From the NCBI GenBank assembly GCA_001244265.2, contig CDLV01000015.1, positions 682,001-746,000 of the forward strand: 64,000 nucleotides of DNA, given 5' to 3'. Source of the stretch: Microbotryum violaceum (lineage: Eukaryota). Of the stretch, positions 54,624-64,000 are shown piece after piece. The first letter of the stretch is position 1. Every line of letters begins with the position of its first letter. Both the position numbers and the translations under genes were made by a program. Under the pieces are notes generated by a model. It was given only the letters and a program-made list of their open reading frames with translations, was not told the origin of the DNA and did no database searches.

Positions 54624-56954
54624 ATGGTCGTTGCTAAACGATCGGCCTCGACCAAGTCCGCTCCTCGCAAGAAGGCCAAGCAGGAGCCTGACTCTGAATC
54701 CGACGTCGCGAGCTCGAGTGGAAGCGAGCAACCATCCGAAGCCGAAGCCGATGACACCAAGCCCAAGAAGAACAACAGCATGAAGTCCGAGGCTAAAGAT
54801 GGGGCCATTCCGACGGATCTGCCCGAGGGGATGAGCGCGACTCCGCTGGCCAAGCTCTACAATGCCATGGACGATCTCGCAAAAACCAAAAAAGCGCCGA
54901 GCTCGGGCAAGGATCAGGTTGTGGTCTACTGGATGAGGTCAGTCCGCTTGAGCTGCTTTGGTCCGGCAGGAATAAATCTAATATCATCCATCACGCGTCC
55001 ACTCACAGAAACAAGGACCTACGACTGGATGATAACCGAGCTCTGGCCCATGCCTGTGCTGTCGCAGGAGAAAAGTCGTTGCCTCTCCTCGTCTTGCATA
55101 TCTTCTCGCCCTCGGACTATGAGGCCCACGACCGATCACCACGTCGCATCGACTTCATGCTTCGTCAATTGGCGTACCTGCAGGAAGAGCTGGCCAAGAA
55201 GGATGTCCCCCTCTTGACCGTGACCTGGGATGATCGCACCGAGATCGTCGACAAGCTGCTCAAGTGCCTCAAAGACGATTGGAAAGCTGCAGCGCTCTAC
55301 GGCAACATCGAGTACGAAGTTGACGAGCTGAGGCGAGACGAACGGATCTTGCGTAAGGTGATCGACTCGAGGAGCAGCGGTAAGGGCTGGGCTGGGGAGG
55401 TCGCTTTCCTGAAAGATTTTGTCATTGTACCCCCGGGTGAAATCGTGACCAAGGTTAGTCCATCCTGTGCTATCGTAGCGATCACAACACTCACGAGACC
55501 AAAAATTGATACCTTCAGCAAGGGAAACCGTACTCGGTGTTCAGCCCGTGGTTCAGAAACTGGGCCAACATCGTTGCCAGCGACATGCTCTCTTACGTCG
55601 GCGATGCGGGAGGACTCGAGGCAAACCCCAAGTCAGCACGGCAACATGCTGTCCTAAAGCCGTTTTTCTCGCACAAGTTGCCGAAATCAATTCAAGGTTT
55701 CACTCTGTCCGAAGCCGACGCCAAGCAGATGCAAAAGACGTGGCCCGTCGGCGAGAAGACGACGCGCGACGTCATGCACCGCTTCCTCAAGACCAAGATT
55801 CGCAAACAAAAGTTCTTCGAGCCCCCACTTGCTGATGGAGCCGAGGAGGTCGACGATCCGCTGAAGAAGTCCAAGATTGGGGAATACGCCACGGGCCGTA
55901 ATCGCGTCGATCTCGACGGCACTTCCCACATCTCGCCTTACCTCGCTGCTGGATTGATCTCGCCTCGAGAGACGCTGAGGATGACGATGAAGTTGACCAA
56001 GAACCAACTGTACACGGGTCGCGATCAGGGAGGAGTTGGTGTTTGGGTTAGCGAGGTTGCATGGAGGGACTTTTACCAACACGTATTGGCGGCCTGGCCG
56101 AGGATTTGCATGAACCGAGCTTTCAACCCCAAGTTCGAGAACGTCGTCTGGGAGCACAGCGAGGAGAACCTTCAGGCGTGGAAGGACGGCAAGACCGGCT
56201 ACCCCATAGTGGACGCGGCCATGCGATCTCTCAATGCGCAGGGTTATATGCATGTAAGTCCCATCGTGGGGATGTCGTAATACGGAGCTCGCGCTGATGT
56301 GTCTCTGTAACGCAGAACCGATGCCGAATGATCGTGGCCATGTTCCTGACGAAGGATCTGCTCCTCGACTGGCGTCTTGGCGAAAAGTATTTCATGCAGC
56401 AACTCATCGATGGCGACTTGGGATCCAACAATGGAGGATGGCAATGGAGTGTGAGTATTCCCGCTACCTCCACCATGTTTGTTCAGAACTCATTTATTGC
56501 GCTCCCTCGGATATCTTGAAACAGTCATCTACTGGAACGGACCCCCAGCCCTACTTCCGTAAGCTTGAAACTCTTTGGCCGCGACCGAGAAGAGCTAGAC
56601 TTCTTTGAAGTGAGCTGACCTCTTCTTCATCGTTCAGGTGTCTTCAACCCTACGGCGCAGTCGGAGAAGGCGGATCCCGAGGGCGACTACATCCGTCACT
56701 GGGTACCCGAGTTGAGCAAGATTAGGGGCAAAGGTACTTCCAGACCTGCGTCCAAGTTCACTCCACCTAGTCTCGTACTGACATAACCTTCCTTGGATCC
56801 GATGCATCTTCTAGCCATCCACGAACCGTCCGCGACGATGAGTAAGAAGGAGATTGAAAAGATGGGGTACGTGATGCCGATCGTCGACCACGCCAAAGCG
56901 AGGAAACGCGCGATCGCTCGCTTCAAGAACCCTGGTATGAGTGATGACGAGTGA
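54624..56954 (+). CDS. PHR1: Class I CPD photolyase (deoxyribodipyrimidine photo-lyase), multi-exon
   Basis: [130 protein letters not shown]. An in-frame upstream ATG exists at 54564. Confidence 0.96.
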
Positions 56955-57360
56955 AAGAAGTTATACAGCTTGTGTTAGAGCCTTGAATGAAACCGATGAA
57001 CTGTATGTAACGTTTTTACGACAAAATGTGGCTCGTTTCTAGCCCCACGGCAAAGCCGAGCGTCGAGATTCGTCGGACGGGAAGAACTGAAAGTTTCCGA
57101 AACGGTGCGGCCGCAAGTGCCTTCCTCGGCGATTGATGAGCGTGATCCGTCATCTCAAAAGGTTGCCGTATGCGGTCCTGGTCATATACCTGGGGTTATT
57201 AGGTCCATAGGGTCGGCCGGTTTGTGGTGACCCTAGGCGTTCCCTACAGCTTCCGTGAAAGTAGCCGTCCCGGCCGCGGTAAGGCGGAGTTCAGGCCTAC
57301 GGTGGCCGTCGTTGAATCTTACGTGAGCCCTAAGATTCACAAGATATGAAATCGGTAATG

Positions 57361-58047
57361 TGTCACGTTCACGGAGCCTGGATATATGCCGTAAGGGAGT
57401 ATTGCACTCGGTTTATGGTAGCATTGATTTGGACTCGTCGAGCAACGAGCACGTCAGACCACTAGCGCCCACAAGACCGGACAATACCAAGAAGAACGGG
57501 ACTGGTCAGATGCTGACGAAGGCCAAGAAGGATCGGGCAGCGTCTGACGTCTGACTCGAGATAACCTCGAGTCGAGTCCGGCCCGCCGATCGAGTCCAAG
57601 TCGAGGAGTCGGACTGGTCGGAGGTGGAAGACTGCTACTATCACAATTAACGCACCGCAAGGCGGCGACGAGTCCCTGAACCTCCAGTGCCCTCTACAAA
57701 GTCACACTCACAACTATGGCCCGAAGATAGGCACTACCACCCACATTTCATTCGATTTCGACTGCATTTCATTTCATTTTCTTCTCTGTCTATCCTTATT
57801 CAGATATTTCTGTTTTCGTTACCGTTGTCTAAACAAAGTCCAGGAACTCTTTCTTTCCTCACCATTCGCTCGAGACCAATCAAGCATGAGCCTTCCCGGT
57901 CCTGCGGTAGGAGCCAGCCGCGCGTTCCGAAGAGACTTCATTCATGATCCTTGTCGGCGGCCTCTTTCGCCTGCGCGTGGACCGGATTCTTGTTGTTGTC
58001 AGTGACTGTTGAACTCCAAATAACCAAAGCCGTCAGCCGGTATAACA
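57361..58047 (+). mobile_element. Possible degenerate solo LTR
   Basis: Starts TGTCACG (same first 7 nt as the 50276 solo LTR) and ends TATAACA; non-coding, with a pyrimidine-rich 3' half. No TSD found. Confidence 0.25.
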
Positions 58048-58050
58048 GGT

Positions 58051-58750
58051 TTAGTGGGGAATTGCAGGCTTGAACTCATCCTCGTGACCATCGGTGCTCC
58101 ACAAGTCAATATTCAGCTTGGCGTCCATTGCCGAACGCTTGAAAGGGAAGGCGATGACTCGCCTAGGACTGCGGACTGTCGGCGGGGGCGTGGTCTGGCG
58201 TGTCATCTGCCGCACATCAGACAGGGAAACTACACCAGGCCCATGCAATATGCACAAAGAGTTTGCCGGAGGACCGGTCCCCCCAAGCGCGACCCTCGAC
58301 GGTGCAGACAACCGCACATAGATCACCTTTACCCAGGGTGCCCACTCCCCAGCGTGGGATATCCATCCTTGTTTATGTCGCCCAGGGTGCTCATCGACAG
58401 TCACGTGGAGTTGCGTGGGAGATCCTTTGGCGTACTTGCGAACGGTTAAAAGCCCCTCCCGGACCTCCGCATAAAATCGACTGTAATCGGGCAGGGTGAG
58501 AATGTTCTCCGGGTCCAAATGGGAACAGGCGGAAACACGCCGGCCTCCAGCACCCCCTGTGACTCCATCTTCCTAATGACTGCACACACCCGTGTCAGCC
58601 CAATCATCAGAGTCTGAGCACACAAAGGCAAACATATACATTACCACTCACATCCTGGGTGTGACCAACTGGTGTTGGATGGAGACCACCTGCGGCTTCG
58701 CCGTTAGTAGGTTGGGCGTGTTGAATGCGATCGCTGGGGCAGGTCTCTGT
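58051..58750 (-). pseudogene. Gene fragment of unknown family
   Basis: 155-aa ORF plus an upstream GT-AG intron (~58581-58650); no recognisable domain or start. Confidence 0.3.
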
Positions 58751-58966
58751 CTTTCTTTGCAACGGATTCAACTTTCAATAACTGTTTCCCAAATTCCATG
58801 CCGTTGCCCCATGTTCAGAAAAAACAGGATCGCAACTTGGACATGCCCTGAGTCGCAACTTTGCCTCGGACTCGGACGTCACGCGTCACGAGCAAGTGCT
58901 CCGACCGCTGCTTTTCCGGAGGCAAGCTTGTGCTCGAGACTGAACACACAAAGCGGGTTGCAACCC

Positions 58967-60172
58967 GGGGATCTTCCTCAGGAGCCAAGGGAGAAGAAGA
59001 AAAACCTAAAGCGCAGAATAATCCGAGGGCATACATCACTATTTAGGGAGCAGAACAAAGGACCCAGACAAAAGATCAACGCCACGAGCCCCACCGCCTT
59101 AACACTCCAACCCTCACCGACCAACCGTATCCTCTTATCGTCGCAAGGGACTGTCCCAATCCGAGCATGCAATACCTCGCAAAGGCTCGTTACAACATGC
59201 GTCTGCGCACACAGTCGTGCGTGCGTTGCTCGCGTCCTCCACTCGATTGTGGCTCCTCGTTGGGCGGTCAACTAATCTGCTTTGGGTGTTTGGCAGCTAT
59301 GGCCTCTGCGACGAGCGACCAAACTGCGACAGATCTGTCGGCCGGCTCAAAGGACGGCCCCCAGGATCAAACCCCAAGCCGCATTTTACGTTCAACTTGA
59401 AGGCCCCTGGCACGCTTAGACAGGTGGAGAATGGCCCGCGACGACTCTTTAGTTGATGTTCTTCAATCGTCTCGCAGTCATCTGGATGATTTGTATTATC
59501 ATAATCACTGCATTTGGAGGCTCCTTATACCTTTACCTTTACCGTGACCTCTACGATTGACCCGGCCCGGAGGCACTCGCGGGGTCGATCGTACAGGTGA
59601 AAGTAAAGGTATGTGGACCCTCCAAATGCAATGATCATGATAATACAAATCATCCAGATGACTGCGAGACGATTGAAGAACATCAACTAAAGAGTCGTCG
59701 CGGGCCATTCTCCACCTGTCTAAGCGTGCCAGGGGCCTTCAAGTTGAACGTAAAATGCGGCTTGGGGTTTGATCCTGGGGGCCGTCCTTTGAGCCGGCCG
59801 ACAGATCTGTCGCAGTTTGGTCGCTCGTCGCAGAGGCCATAGCTGCCAAACACCCAAAGCAGATTAGTTGACCGCCCAACGAGGAGCCACAATCGAGTGG
59901 AGGACGCGAGCAACGCACGCACGACTGTGTGCGCAGACGCATGTTGTAACGAGCCTTTGCGAGGTATTGCATGCTCGGATTGGGACAGTCCCTTGCGACG
60001 ATAAGAGGATACGGTTGGTCGGTGAGGGTTGGAGTGTTAAGGCGGTGGGGCTCGTGGCGTTGATCTTTTGTCTGGGTCCTTTGTTCTGCTCCCTAAATAG
60101 TGATGTATGCCCTCGGCTTATTCTGCGCTTTAGGTTTTTCTTCTTCTCCCTTGGCTCCTGAGGAAGATCCCC
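58967..60172. repeat. Long inverted repeat (hairpin 1): ~600-bp arms and a ~18-nt loop
   Basis: Mirror ORFs 58978-59271(-)/59868-60161(+) and 59167-59400(+)/59739-59972(-). The outer ~535 bp are reverse-complement identical apart from one mismatch seen at 59021/60118; the inner ~60 bp pair imperfectly. Confidence 0.97.
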
Positions 60173-61157
60173 TCAAAAGCCGTGGCTAGGAGGTGAGCTC
60201 GGCTTATTCGGAGCTCTCGCGGGTCCTTTGTTCTGCTCCCTGAATAGTGATGTCTGCCCTCGGCTTATTCTGCCTCGAGTCAATCTGGACAGTGGATTCG
60301 ACCGAGGCGCTCGTCCGATCGGTGCTTGGAGTGGTCAGAGGTCTGTTACGATCTCGCTCTCATCAGTCTCAGCTGATCTCAATCAGGGTGGAGCGATATC
60401 TGATGCCGGATTGGTCTCCTTCCAGGTCTGCGTAGTCTATACCGAATGCGGATCCTACACTGTGATGTCTCACCCGGCAATATTATGATCGGACCCGGTG
60501 GTGAGGGTGTACTGACCGATAATGACGTCGCCGTATTCATGGACGGCCCTTCTGGTGAAGCTGCACGCCTGAAACGACGTGTGAGGTCTCTTTCTGCTTG
60601 CGCGGCGCTTCAGTGCTGCTTCACCGACCAGAGCCTCGTTCAATCACTCCCCACAGGGCACGTTCGCCTTCCGACCCCGGCATCTCATCCAATATGCCGG
60701 CGAAATCTTGCACCAACCTTGGCACGACATTGAGCAGCTTGTCTACACCCTCTTCTGTGTTGTTCTCGCTCGACCCAAAGGGCCAGGTGATTCGACCGGA
60801 ATGTCGGACAAAGCCGCTTCGGTTTGGGAGGAGTGGACAACGGAAGCTAAGGCCCGTCGGGCACACCTTTCGAAAGAAACGCTTGTTCAAGTGGAATCGA
60901 ATCGGAATAAGTTGTTGGACTCAAGTTTGGATTTCTGGGAAGGCATTCCTGATCTCATCGCCACGGTGGCGAAGTACTGCGGACTAGGCTTGTCGGTCTG
61001 CATTTACACCGAGGTCGCAGAAGAAGAATGCCTCGAGAACGGATGGGCTTCAGGTGAACTCTCGCACGACCACCTTATTGCGGACCTGGAGGAGTTATTG
61101 GAGAAGATCGCGCAGAAGAAACAGGAATGGGTTCCGGGTTCGCCTGACATTATGTAG
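59582..61157 (+). pseudogene. Fungal-type protein kinase (FunK1/Pkinase_fungal-like), middle and C-terminal part, degenerate
   Basis: LGFDP and RGATIEW lie in the hairpin arm. These are followed by spliced STEALVRSVLGVVR/GLRSLYRMRILHCDVSPGNIMI..GVLTDND../GTFAF..HQPWHDIEQLVYTL (introns ~60341-60425 and 60581-60656). The 5' part has stops and frameshifts. Confidence 0.8.
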
Positions 61158-61842
61158 ATACTTTGAATCTGTGTGCCGTTCATTTGACCAGTTGTAAACT
61201 TTTTCATCTCGTTCCGACCGTAAATATTACGAAAGTAAGGCCGAGATGGAAATGGATAAAATCCGATGTTAGATTCGACTGATCCTGGAGATTTGATTTT
61301 GTGTGATATGGTCCCATGTTACGACTCTGTGCGATCCTTGTTCTGAGATTGGTCGGCGCGTGTGTGGGTGCGTTGTCATATCTGGGCCGAGATGGACCCT
61401 AATCGCAACCCAGCCTGTGTAGGAGATACAAGCGTTTTATGCTCCTGAGCTTTGATTCAAATTAGAATTGTGCCGCACATATGGCATAATGTTATATTTT
61501 GGACTTACCACATCTTCTCAACCTTGAAAAATCGCCCTTTTGTTTTGGAGCGCGAGATCTCGTCACGTCCAAATCAATGTGCGCAGTCGTTCCAGGATCT
61601 CTTCATTGACCAGCTCGGAACGTATTCCCGTCAGGTTTTCAAGAGCTTCTGATCATTCTCATTCAAAGCAAGCTGGAAAAAGGTTAGCTCTGGAGTTTCT
61701 CAGAGATCTTTGATACGAAGCGGAACCCCTCGGCTAGCGGAGACTTGAAGTCGAAACACAGGGACAAGGCGATATATCACCTGTTCATTTTATCACAGTT
61801 ATTTCGACAGGCGAGATCGGAATGTAATATTTAAGCCTTGCC

Positions 61843-62460
61843 TCACCTGTTGCGCACATCACCTTGAGCCCGGTCGATGCGTCGGGTCGAGCCGAGCCGA
61901 GCCGAGGGAAGGCCAAAACTGTGCACCCGGAGCCTGCGGCCGAGTGACCCTACCCGCTCCCCTTGACTTGGGACGGGCCCCTCCATTTCGCCCTCTGCTG
62001 TTGTTCTCCTTCGGATTTGGCGTTCTGGTGAAGCGAACTCGCTTGTTGTGAGCTTTGAAGCCGGGTTGGCCTCGAGGAAGGCAGCCAGCTCCTTGCGATA
62101 CTGCGCGCGCAGATTCTCGAAGTTGTTACCCACTCGGAGCCAGCCGAGCGCCTTGTACGACCCTGAGCAGAGACGAGGTAGCGGACCGACCGTTTCGAGT
62201 TCCTCGAGACTCTTGAAAGCAGGCGTATACAGCGAGTTGTGATGCTTCTTCTTCACTTTGTCGAGCAGCAACTTTCGACAGTCGACGGAGTCGTGGGACC
62301 AAGACGATCGGATGAGACGCCGAGCCACGAGCTTTTTCCCTTCGTCGACGTCGCGAACGTACGAGAGCCTATCGTTGAACTCGGGATTTTGGGTCGGAGG
62401 ACGAAAGCGTGACGGGGCTTGGGGGTGTGGGCTTTTCGCGATTTTGGCCCATCTGAAGCC
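61843..62460 (-). other. Open frame of ~200 codons, unknown product (possible gene fragment)
   Basis: Protein-like open frame extending upstream of the listed 161-aa ORF; no motif recognised. Confidence 0.3.
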
Positions 62461-62861
62461 TAAATTTGTCCAGTCGGGCGCTACGCGCGTCAGGCTGGGC
62501 TTTCGGGGGTCCTCGGCCGACTCGACCGACAGTTGTGTCGCACGACTACCTCGACTCGCGCCCGACTAACCGTTCGTGAGCGGTTGATGGTAGCTCATCT
62601 TTCACGCCCTTGCCGCCAACTACACGTCTCGGTGAACCACGTACACCCTGTCATTCGTGAATTTCTACGGTACACTTGCCAGTACATTCTGTGCTCCAGT
62701 CTGCGCTGCCGCCTTTTTGTCCTCATTGCCCACACACGTCATATCCCACGCCCGGACTCGGAGGCATCTCGCAGCTGTTTTCCCTCCTCGCTGTCCGCTA
62801 CAAGCGCAATCTGTCGCGGTCTGGTCTTTCACGCAGGCACCAGAGCTATCAGTGAGTGTGA

Positions 62862-63570
62862 ATGAGACATTCCTTTTATTCGAAACCCGCTACACCATTA
62901 AGGACTCTGACGGAGCTTTTGAGAGTAGTGAAGCCCAACGATGCTCCTGTCAAGTACTCAAGGAGCATTGCTCCTGTCAAGTACTCAAGGAGCATTGTTC
63001 CCGGCCACGACACCAACCGCAAGAAATCATCCACGACAGACTTAGGTAGGAGCTGGGCGTTCGTATTGAGTTCTCTCGAAATCTACACACGTTTTGTGGC
63101 AACTCCAAATCCCGACTTAGACAACCTGGCCGAGCATGTCACCTTTTCGGGTACTTGGGGGGAGGAAGAGCCGATGAAAGACCTCTTTGCCCAAATCAAT
63201 GCGGTTGTGAGTCTGCTATGTCGTTGCCCAATACAAGTTACCCAATATATTAATTACAAAAGGGATCTTCTTCTTGCGCACCAGGGTCCGGCTATACGCC
63301 ATATCGTCGCAAGTGGGTTTCTCAACATCGTCGTTCCGACCTCGGCCGGCCAGCAACCTCACGAGGACCACGCACCGGACGCCGTCGTTCTCTTCTCTTC
63401 GCGTCGACCGAGCCAATCGAGAGGATCTGGGCTATGTCAGACGACGAATGGAGGAGGGGGGGGGGGGGGGGTACGGTTAGGCAAACATCCAGAGGATCTC
63501 CGCAGAGTGAACCAGGTTCTCGCTCCTAATCAAGAAGGAAAACAAAGGAGGCTCTGCCGCTTGGCAGAGC
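62862..63570 (+). pseudogene. N-terminal PD-(D/E)xK-like region of a FunK1-type gene, degenerate (left arm of hairpin 2)
   Basis: HAPDAVVLF is present in both arms. The mirror arm reads VNQVFVPGELKKGNKGGSAAWQ (63526-63750, minus), resembling the 'PD...vpGElK...a..Q' pattern found upstream of FunK1 kinase domains. Confidence 0.55.
62942..62997 (+). repeat. 27-bp tandem duplication (x2), in frame (APVKYSRSI x2)
   Basis: tgctcctgtcaagtactcaaggagcat occurs at 62942-62968 and 62969-62995. Confidence 0.95.
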
Positions 63571-64000
63571 AATTGTCGATTTCAGTCGATAAAACCTCCG
63601 CACACTCTGCCAAGCGGCAGAGCCTCCTTTATTTCCCTTCTTGAGTTCTCCAGGGACGAAGACTTGGTTCACCTCGCGGAGATCCTCTGGATGTTTGCCT
63701 AACCGTACCCCCCCCCCCCCCCCCCCCCTCCTCCATTCGTCGTCTGACATAGCCCAGATCCTCTCGATTGGCTCGGTCGACGCGAAGAGAAGAGAACGAC
63801 GGCGTCCGGTGCGTGGTCCTCGTGAGGTTGCTGGCCGGCCGAGGTCGGAACGACGATGTTGAGAAACCCACTTGCGACGATATGGCGTATAGCCGGACCC
63901 TGGTGCGCAAGAAGAAGATCCCTTTTGTAATTAATATATTGGGTAACTTGTATTGGGCAACGACATAGCAGACTCACAACCGCATTGATTTGGGCAAAGA
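63184..64000. repeat. Long inverted repeat (hairpin 2): arms of at least 390 bp and a 35-nt loop; runs off the window end
   Basis: Mirror ORFs 63216-63416(-)/63768-63968(+); base 64000 still pairs with 63184. G16 (63456-63471) faces C21 (63708-63728). A diverged zone is followed by a perfect 26-bp inner stem 63544-63569/63605-63630. Confidence 0.97.

Noticed and set aside
58967-60172. Hairpin 1 as a Foldback/Mutator-type transposon with long TIRs
   Set aside because: No target-site duplication at the arm ends, and the arms consist of intron-containing kinase-gene sequence that continues past the boundary.
57356-61491. A large TG...CA element bounded by a TAATG duplication (57356-57360 and 61487-61491)
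   Set aside because: No terminal repeat similarity at the right end, and a match this short is expected by chance in several kb.

Overview
Intron-rich, GC-rich fungal genomic DNA, most likely a basidiomycete (Pucciniomycotina-like; inferred from gene and intron style, not from a search). Positions 1-47 kb form a compact housekeeping block: carboxylesterase (partial), a fucosyltransferase-like glycosyltransferase, DCP2, ATG9, DUF92/TMEM19, HEN1, DNA ligase I, an arrestin-like protein, kinesin-7, SDHAF3/SDH7, MED22, COG6, KRE33/NAT10, a basic hypothetical protein and RCM1/NSUN5. Positions 47-64 kb are accessory apart from a CPD photolyase gene at 54.6-57.0 kb. They hold a decayed host gene hit by a defective Ty1/copia element (itself carrying a nested solo LTR) and by a MITE. 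The most unusual feature is at 59-64 kb: two long fold-back inverted repeats built from complementary halves of a fungal-type (FunK1-like) nuclease-kinase gene. Their order and orientation fit a single inversion inside a tandem gene pair, and they are candidate hairpin-RNA/siRNA loci in a genome that encodes HEN1. Exon boundaries were read by eye and are approximate. No database searches were run.
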